64,000 nt of DNA, from the NCBI GenBank assembly GCA_001643675.2, contig LSRY02000019.1, forward strand, positions 1,364,001-1,428,000, in the 5' to 3' direction. Under the pieces are notes generated by a model. It was given only the letters and a program-made list of their open reading frames with translations. It searched no databases and had not been told where the DNA came from. Source of the DNA: Monocercomonoides exilis PA203. Lineage: Eukaryota > Protista > Preaxostyla. The position numbers and the translations under genes are program-made. Below are positions 41,703 through 51,800 of this stretch, piece after piece; position 1 is the stretch's first letter; each line of letters starts with the position of its first letter.

Positions 41703-44700
41703 ATGACTGATTTAAAAGCTTCAGAACAAAATGTTGAAAGCAGTCACATCAATGAAAATTCAGTCATAAATTCACAGGCTCATTTTATGGAGGAAAATGT
41801 TGGACTTACAACACAGCGAAAAACAGAAACGTTTATACTTGATTCGATTATATCTTGTGAAGAAGACAGAAACACTGAATTTAAGGCAGTTCAAGTCGCT
41901 AAGAAATTAATTGAATATATATTGAAATTGGCTACAGAATATATGAATGCGTTTTTAAACACTGATGGAGGATCTATTTATTTCGGTATAAATCAAATCA
42001 CCTTCTTATTTTTGATAATATTTGGATTTTCTTAATAAATTTCAGGAGTCGAAGACGATGGTGCTATAAAAGGAATTGAGCTAAACAGAAAAGATCGCGA
42101 TCAACTACGCCAAGGGATTGATCAAATAATCAATCGTTATCGCCCACAAGTCGACCCTTCTCTTTACCGTCTAGATTTTATTTCAGTTATAGATCCAAAA
42201 TCTGGTGTGCAGTTAATCCTTTCAAGTGCTTAACTTGTAACTATAAAATTATTCATGCTTCAGAGCACCAAAATTTGAATTTGTGTGTTGTCAGAATAAC
42301 CGTACAAAAGGGAACTGCCCCAGTATACTTTGTTGGTGGAGGAAAATTTAGTGCTTATCTTCGAAGAGACGGGGGGACCAAAAAGATGGAGCCATCACTG
42401 ATCGAAGAACGACTTCGTATAGCTTCTTATGAACAGAACATGACAGAAATGTTTGCATACAACGTAGCAGAGCCATACACAAGCTTCCAGCAGCAATTTA
42501 ACGATGCTGATAACTGGAAAGATGGGGATGGAGAGTATGATGCAAACCCAAACACACCAGAAATTGGTAGCCCATCGTCTTTTTCTCTTGCAGATGTGGC
42601 ACAATCTGCAGGGCAAAGTAGAATGATGGGGCTGGTGCCTTTGTCTTCTGCATCTGCGTCTGCATCTTCTTCGTTTGCTCCGCCTGTTGCGAGTTCTTAC
42701 TCCTCGTCTGGAATTTCTCCTTCCATGTTGAACATGACGTCCTCGTCTTTCTCTGCACACACGATGTTCCATCAGAGCAGGCCGCGGGAGTTTATCGGGC
42801 GGCAGATGGAAATCAAGCTCATTTCAGCATTCATTTCGCAGACAGCTGGCGAGTGCCGAGTGATTACCATCTTCGGCGGCCTGGCGATGGGGAAATCTGC
42901 ACTGGCGAGGCAGCTCTTCTTCCTGTTTGGAGGAAAAGACCCATCGAGAGGCATAATAATTGACTTAAAATCGGGCGAGGATGGGAAGAAGACTTCGCCT
43001 GTGGATGCGATGAGGGCGGTGATTGTGGAGAGGATTGAGGGAGTGGCTGCACTGACTCAATGGTCCGTTTTTATTTTATTCATTTGAATTAATCATTTAT
43101 TTTTTATTGAATTTTTCACTTGCTATTTTACAATGTAATGCATGCAATAATTCTTTATTTTTTAATTAAACAATTTTCCATTTTAACTTATAACATTTCA
43201 GTGCCGATTCGTATGTGAAGTCGTTGTATCAGTCGCTGTTCAACCAGCAGGCCTCTCCGCACAACCACACTCCCTTTAGCGCCCAGTCTCGCTCTCCTTC
43301 CTCCTCAAGTCTCTCTTCTCTCACCAGCCCTGCTCTTCCTCTTTCCCTTCCTCCTTCTCTTCCCCTTCCCCTCCCTCCGCCTCCGCTTCCACAGACATCG
43401 TCATTTGTATGCCCTTCATCGCCAAGAGACTCTCTTTCATTCGGCCCCATCCCACTAAACGCTCAGAGCTCAAACACGACAAATGCTCCATCATCTCAAA
43501 ACAATCTTTCTGGTGCGCTTAATCTCTCCCACATTCATCTGCCGCCTCCTCCCTCACACACATCAGCCTCTCCAATGCCTATTCCTCTTCCACTCTCACA
43601 GTCGTCTTCTCCTCAGTCTCATTCATATCATCCATCTTCTTCATCAAATTCTTCATTTCACATGTCTGAAAATTCATCCTCATCTGAACTACAATCCAAC
43701 ACATCAAACACACAAATCAACCAAATCGATTCCAACAGCGCTGTTTCATCACAGCACACTCAATTCACTCCTCCCGTCACACCGCCTCTTCCTCCCTCGT
43801 CCTCTCTTTCGCCCTCGCTGCATCCGCTTTCTCTTTCACCCACAGTGCGAACCAGAAAGCAGCAGATGCTGCCTTCTTTCCTCACATCGCCTGTGGTCTG
43901 CGCACAGAACACGACGCCTGGTGCTTCTCAAACACAGCCAAACAGCCAGCTGTCGTCTTCGGCTGAGCCGTCGCTGCATCTGAGGGAAGCCATACAGCTG
44001 CAGCTGAAAGTCCCTCATTTGACACACAACTCAAGTCTGCCGCCACCTCCGCCGCTGTCTCCAAGCTGTGTGCACCCATCGAATGAGCCATTTGCACTCG
44101 ACAGCAATTCGAATCAGCAGTCTCAGCAGTCTCAACAGTCTCAGCAACAACAACAACAGCTGCAGCAGCATATTCATTCACTTCCACATTCTCTTTCTCT
44201 GTCTCCGAGGCATTCTATGCTTTCGCTCAGCCTTGAGCCTCTTTCTCCTCTGCCTTCTTCTTCGTTCTTCCCTTCTTCCATTTCTCCTTCATCCTCAGAT
44301 TCGTCCTCATCAAAACGAACAAGATCCATTTCTGCATCATCATCTTCTTCTCCTTCTGCGTCCTCATCATCATCTTGTTCTTCCTCAAATGGCAGCTCAT
44401 CCAACGCCTTCTCTGCCTCTCCTGTGTCTTCTGTGCGTGTCCTCTCTCGCCCCACATCACCAACACCCACGCCAACCACGCCCACATCTTCATCCATCGG
44501 CCATTCGCTTCTCCCGTCGCATGTGCTGCTGATTGAGAACGCATCTCATTTTGAGCAGATCCACCCGCTCATTCCGAAGCAGTCTGACACCGTTGTGTTT
44601 GTCACGTCACACAGACACATCCACATCGACACGCCTATCAGATTGTATGAAATGCGCCTGGCTCCGCTGAAACGAAGCGATAGCATATCACTTTTAACAT

Positions 44701-47700
44701 CTTCAATGGGTATGAATTTGTTAAGTTTTAGCATCTTTTTATAAATTTATTTATTTATTCATTTGACAAATAATCTATCATGAATTTGTTATCAAAAATA
44801 TCATTTTTGCTCTCTTTAAAACATCCATCAATAATTTCCCCTCTTTCTCAGATCTGTCACACAGCCCCATCACGCGCCAAGAGGCCGACATGCTGGCTGC
44901 TGTGTGTGGCGATCTCCCCCACTCTCTCATCTCAGCAGCTGCTCTTCTGCGCCGCCGGCCGAACCTGTCTGTGGAGTCGCTCTGTTCGCAGCTGGCTGCC
45001 CATTCGCGTGTGCCGCTGCACATCTCCTCGTTCCGGGCGCTGCTGAGCGGGGCGAGTGAGAAGATGCCGCTGAAAGAGGAGCCGCTGCGGGACCTGATGT
45101 GCCTGGCGCCGTGCCGCGGGTCGTTCCGGATGGACGAGGCGGAGGTGCTGCTACGGAAGAACGAGGAGTGGACGAGCCAGATCATCGGCTATCTACACGA
45201 GCACTCCCTCGTCGAGTTCGAGCCTATGACGCGGAGGTGCCACGTGAACACGCTCGTGCGGAGCTATCTGCTGCGAGAAGCACAGGAAAGAGAGGGCGTG
45301 CTGGAGGATATTATGAGCCGGTTCATAACATGCTACACGAACTATCTCAGAGCGATCGTGAATGGGACGGTGAAGGAGAAGGAGAAAGAGAAGGAGAGAG
45401 AAAGAGAAGAACGAAGGCAGTGGGTGGAGATGCAGACGGCTGGCGACTCGGCTACCGAGAAAGGAGGAGAGTCACAAACAGGCGGAGACACGCCAGCGTC
45501 GCAGCTGGCGAGTCCTTCTTCGCAATCTGCTTCTGTTTCTTCTTCGTCTCCATCGACTCCTGCTGAACTGGCTTCTCCATCTCCACTTGCGGCCTCTGCT
45601 TCAGCTTCATCATCATCATCATCTTCTTCTTCTCAACCTCCACATTCTCCTTCAGCTTCAACGCCTTCACATCAGTTTGCAAGCACTCCTTCGATGAAGA
45701 GGGAAAAGAAGATTGCTCTTCTCGAGGCAGACATGCACAACTTTGAGGAGGTCGTGACGAGGCTGGAAAAGGGTTATGCGCCTTATTTCCGTCCGTATGT
45801 TTATTCATTTATAAAATTATATTCGATAATTATGAATTAATATTCAATATTTCTTTCTTTCTTTCTTTCTTTCTTGTTATTTGCCTTAAAATTCTTATCT
45901 ATTGCAACTTTATTCTCAGCTCCTACAAGAAGCTGCAAGTGGTTGCAGCTCTTCTGGAGCCCTTTGCGGATGTTCTGCGTCCGTGTGTTGTGGAGTCGAT
46001 CAAGCTGTTCTTCAAGTCAAGCAGCAGCCAAAATGATCAGTCTTCTGTCGCCCCGTCAATGTCACCACCACCTCCACCGTCGATGCTGCTGATGAGAAGC
46101 AGGCACAAAAACGAGGCACACACAGACGATCTCTCTTTCTCGAACTACACTGAAGATTTGACTGGCCCGGGGACTTCAAAAGTTCAGCTGCCGAGCGGCT
46201 TCTGCAGCATTGCTGAGTCTCACAGTGAAGACGGAGGAGGAAAAGAGAACTCGTCTTGCGAAGAGGAAGACGCAGACAGCGACAGCTGCACAGCGTGTGT
46301 CAGCACAAGCTATTCAGATGCAGACAGCAGCGAGGATGATAATGATGATCATGACGATGAGGAGGATGATGAGGACGAAGAAAGAGCAAAAGATGAAGAT
46401 GGAAATGAAGTACAAACGAAAAGAGTAGCAATTCCACGGCCAGCACAACCGAAAGTGTTTGCTGCACCTGCTCAGAGAAATGCAAAAGCAGGCAAAAAAA
46501 GGAAAGAAAACCAAAACATCCCTGCAAATGCGGATGCTGATGACAAGAATCCTTCCAGCAAATGGAAGTGGAGAAAAGCAAAAGGCACATCTTCACGACG
46601 TCCGAAGCGTAAGGACTCTATCTCAGGAACTCTGCCACCGCCCATCCCGATCTTTCAGGAATCCACTTCATCCAAAACGTTTTCGGAAGGTGGGCTGTCT
46701 TTTTATGATTACGACAGAACCGCCCCTTCACACGAACGCTTTTCAGCACGTTCTGTTTCTCCTTCCACTTCTGTGTTTTCGTCTTCCATTTCGCCATCAT
46801 CGCTTTCTCCTTCTTTCTATTCTTCTTATATGAAATATCCTTCGACATCATCTTCTTCTGATTCTTCATCGTCTTTCTCATCATCGTCATCATCGTCGTC
46901 GTCCGTTCCTCCTTCTGATTATCAACCGCCTTTTGTTTCGTGCTCTGTAGACTCTTCCTTTCTTCCGTCTGTGCAGAATGCGCTTATCAGCGACCAGCTC
47001 TCGTCTGCAGCGTCTGGAATACACAACGTGTTTTCTGTAACCGCCGTGCATCCGCTTTCTCCTCAAAAGGCTTCAGCTGGCTCGTCTTCCTCTCTTTCTT
47101 CCTCTGTCTCGGCGGAAGAGCCTGCCTCTTCTCCTTCTCCTTCTCCTTCTCACTCTCCGTCTCCGGCTGTCTCTTCGCAGCACATTCCGACTCCTGTTGT
47201 GCCAGCATTATCGCGTACTTCTCCTATCCAGAAGGCCTCCTTCGCTTCGCTTCCTTCGCAGGGAAGCAACAGAGAGGCTGAGCGGCAAGGCAGCGCACAT
47301 GAAGGCAGTAAAAGAGGGCAGAGCAAACAGTCGATGAACTCGAGACTGAAGGAAAAGGCGCTGGAACGGATCAGAAAACTGATTAGATTGCGAGAAGAGG
47401 TGAATTCGAAGCGTATGAGGTACGAAAAAGAGAGAGAAGAAACAGAAAAAGATGGGAGAAAGAGCAAGCAAAAAGAGAGGAGTAAGAAGGCAGATCCATT
47501 TCATTATTTAGGCCAATTAAAAGAGAGGAAGAAGGGTAAGAGGAGCAGCGAAGATCCGCGAAGCGAAGAAGCATATGAGGCAATCGCAAGAAAATACTCA
47601 ACTGAATCTGTTCCTTCGAAATATGCTTCTTCAGCAACCTCTCTCGATGGAGCTGCAAACACAGACTCTGAAAGCAATGCGCCTCAGACAAACGAACCGA

Positions 47701-47795
47701 AAATGCATGAGAAAGACGCATTGGAACTTGCTCCTTCATCGAGATTTGACGACTCTGCTGTTGGTGCAGCTCCGATTATCATCCCGAAGCACTGA
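41703..47795 (+). CDS. Schlafen (AlbA_2, SLFNL1-like) domain + NB-ARC/STAND NTPase + winged helix, with long low-complexity regions; about 5 introns
   Basis: EEDRNTEFK...YMNAFLNTDGGSIYF|GVEDDGAIKGI...RPQVDP...AYLRRDGG (Schlafen); EFIGRQME...IFGGLAMGKSALARQL (Walker A); VLLIENAS...LIP...VFVTSHR; LAPLKRSDSISLL; LAAVCGDLPHSLISAAALLRRRP; SF....AEVLL...LHEHSLVEF...VNTLVRSY. Confidence 0.88.
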
Positions 47796-48817
47796 ATAAA
47801 TGGAGTGAAAATGTTTGCTTCGAATACTTCATCCGCTGGCAAAACAATTCTTTATTTTTTTTTCAAATTTGTTTTTGCAGATTGAATTTGAAATTTTGAG
47901 GTCCATTCATAAAAATTGGTAATTGTGCCTGTTGGGTCAGAAATTTAAATGCGGAAAAAATGAGGAAAAAACAAACAGAACTTTTGTGTTTTTCATTACT
48001 GTTATTAAATATTGAAATATGTTTTGATATGTCATCTCAAAATTAAATGTTTAACATTTTGTTGCTCTGAATTTTTTGCTCAATTTCTTTAAATGTTCAG
48101 ATTTATCGTTATTTCTGATTTCAAAAAAAAGTTCATAAAACAAGAAATTCTTATTATCAAAGAAAACATTTTTCAATAAGTATTTTTTTTTTGAAGTGGT
48201 TGTGGTAAAATGTTTATCAAAGGCTTTTGAATAACAACAGTGAGCAATAAAGATGAAGTGGTAAAAAAAAAAAGCTTTATTAATGAAGCAAAATCATTAA
48301 AGGAAATTATTTGAATATGGAAAATTTTTGATAGATACTTGTTTTGAAAGTGTAAATCACAGTTGAAAGGAAAATAAAAATAAATTCTGAAAAAAAGATA
48401 CTCATATGTTAATTTCAAGAAATCACTATAAATGTTAATTAAAAATGTCTACAAAAGTCAATCTTCGAATTGCATTTCCTTTGATATCACGTATTCCTTT
48501 TAATTGAAAAATGCACATGCGAATTTTTACCAAACAGATTCTGTATCGAATCTTAATGCAGCGGACGCTTTCTTAATCGTAAGAATAGTCTTCAAACAGA
48601 AAGCATGCTCACAAAATTATTTGAATTAGTGGAACAAGATGCAGCCTGACCGATTTCGAATGCATTTTGATTCTAATCATGATCAGTTATTTGCGAAGAA
48701 CAAGTATAGAATTCCTTTCAACTAACTTCCTTCCAGATTGGTGTCATTCCCATCGCGATTTCATCTTTTTTTGAAAGCGAATGAAAAATCTTTCAAGTTG
48801 GGTTATCCTTTCAAATC

Positions 48818-51800
48818 TCACAATTTAACTGCAGCCTTTTGATTAGAACTCCTCTTTTTTGCAAATAATTGTCCAATTACTACGGATATGACAATGAAAC
48901 CAGCAGCAGCAACAAATACAATCCACCATGGAAATATATTTGATGTGGATTTTGTTTGACTAACTTTTTCATCACTGTTCGTAACTACATCTTGCAACAA
49001 AACAGGATCTGTCTTCACCACTTGGGTCATTCTTCGCCGGGAATCATAAACTTCGTCCTCCTTCAATTTCAATACTGCTTGCACAAAAATCTGGCCTTTT
49101 AATGAGTTTAAAGTGAATTTAAGTTGAGATTTTGATGCTTCCACAACAAATTCCTCTTGGCTCATAAATTCACAAGTTATGAACGGAAAAGATATTATTT
49201 CTTTCTCAGAAGAAGAACTTGAGCTATTTAAAATTGAAACTTCATAAGATACGAGGCACGGAAGAAGATTATTCCCAACAAAATGAATCATCATTTTGTC
49301 TCCCTTTTCGCTTCTTGTAATCTCAGAAATATGAGGTCTGCAAAACAGATAGGCTTTTTGTGGAAATTCTCGCAACACTGTATCTGCTGTTTCAACATCT
49401 TCCATCTGACTCCAATTCATCAGTCCACTAACTGTGCACCCTCTGTTTTGCATCCAGAGTTCCAGATACTCTCCTTCCCGAAGATTATCAGGATTTCGAT
49501 TCCCGGATTCATCTGAAAATGAAGCAATTGACAGTGAACTATTTTCACATAAAATGTTTCTTCGAACAGAATTGTACAGTGAAGAGTTTGCTGTGTTGTT
49601 AAGAAAAGTTATATTCTTCAGATTAATTTTTCCATCTCTTACAGACAAGGCACCAGCAGAAGAATTTGCAAAAGTTGTTGATTCAATTGAAGAGCTACAA
49701 TTACTGAGATATAAAAGCGATCCTTCAAACTGACAACAAATTTGTAGTTCATTTTGATTTTCTCCGTTGCAAACAATGCTCCGCAAATTGCCGATTCCAG
49801 ACATTGTGCAATTAGACATTTTCACAGTGCTGTTTGAGACGTTGACAATAATTCCATAAGCAGCAAAATCATTATTGACACAAAGCATTGAATCTGAAAT
49901 TGATACATTAACGAACTCCATCCTCAAAAGCGAATCATGTCCAACTTTTGAAACATTTCTAAAAAAGAAACTTGAAATTGTTATATGTGGTTTGATCGAA
50001 GGAATTGAATATGTTCGATTGATTATCAAAGATGAATTAAATGATACATTTGCAAAGAAAACATTTTCAGCTTGAAATGCATTGAATTCCTTATCAAAAG
50101 CAAAAGCTGAGATTAACTGAAATTTTGAATCAATGCAATTGAACGTGCTGACTTTGAATGTGCCACCTTGGATATAAAAAATGCAATTATTGCTTGCCGA
50201 AGATAATTGCTCAATGCCAGATTTAAAAACAGAACTCAAAATAGCATTAGAATTTGCGGTTGCAAATCCGCATGCTCCACTAAAAATAGTTTTATGAAAT
50301 GTGACATTCTCAAGCATGGTTTCACCAGCTTTTACTGTAGCAAAAGTGAAGCTGACAGCTTGAGATAATGATGAGATTGTAACATTCTCCAACAAAAATT
50401 TGTGATACGATTCAAAAACAGCATTGTATCCCTTAATTCTTGAAGGAAGAATAAATTGAATGCCACAAAATTCAGTATCAACGTCCAATTTAATTAAGCT
50501 TCCATTTGCAGATTCATTCACAGCAGCAATATTTATTACTGCTTGGTTTTCATTAAGCCCTTCAATTCGAACACGATTCCTTTCAAATAACGCAGTGTCT
50601 GTCAGGCTAGATTGATTACAGACGCCGATAACAGGAGTATCGCCTCGTTTCATAAGAGCATATTCAATTGTTTTACATGCAAACTTCAATAACCCGCAAT
50701 GAGGATGGTCTGTACCTTTCCCTCTGCCTCCATCAACAATTACTGCGGATTCCGTTTCATATAAATACACAAACAAAGGGAATATGTTTTCTTCATTTCC
50801 ATTTTCAGTTCCGCACAATCTCCTCGGATCCAAAAGAATGGTTGAAGCGTCAAAGAATTCAAATGAATCTCTGCTTATCTTCGTTTCAAGCAATATTCCT
50901 GTGCCACATTTAACAAATACATCTTTTCCAAACATCGCTTCGTTTTGATTTTCCTCTGAAAATCTCACTTGCCACCCAATCATCAATTTGCATGCTTCGC
51001 TATCCAAATATGCCATCATCCCTCCTCCTCTTCCTCCCAACATTGCTCTGCCAGCTGAAACACATCCTTCAAATCTTGCTGTTCCGTTAACAGTTGCTAT
51101 TCCACTCTCTTGCACATCAACATACACCCCACCTCCATTTCCTTCTTTGCATGAACACCCTTCCATCGTTGTGTTCCATACAATAAATGCTTCTCTTGCC
51201 TTCACACTCTTTGCAATTACAACTCCATCACCTGTTGTCCGATTCACATTCCGAACTGTCACATTTGCTAAAACACTATCTCCTGCTATTGAACCAGCTG
51301 ATGATGGCTCTGCAAACAGAGGTTGACTCACTTTCATGTTTTTGATCTCAACATCAATCATCTTCAACTGTCTCAGCGCTACTTCAAACACAGATGCTGA
51401 TATAACACTCCCTCCTGATATTGAAGAATCAATCATCACATCCTCCAGCGAAAGAGCCCCGCTCCCCACAGACACCACAAACACACTCGGTGATGGACTT
51501 CTAATCGAGTTGTGATCGATCCTCAAATACTTCACTTCTAATTTACCACTTGTAAGACTGAAAAGCGTTGTTGAAGATGAAGAAAGAGCTCCTGTTTCAA
51601 TCGAACTCTCCATCCTTCCCTTCCCAATGACTGAAATCTTCTTTTCTCCAATCTTAATAGTTGTTGCCTCACTCACATGATCCCCTTCCATCAGTGTGAT
51701 TGTCAAGCTAATATGTGTCTCACACATTTCAAACGCTTTACTCACTGTCAGACAAGGAAATGTTTCATTTGACCCGCATAGCTCATATCCATCACTCCCA

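Noticed and set aside
3464-47795. Functional link between Thg1 (tRNA 5' repair) and the Schlafen tRNase
   Set aside because: The genes are about 37 kb apart with unrelated genes between; nothing in the sequence links them.
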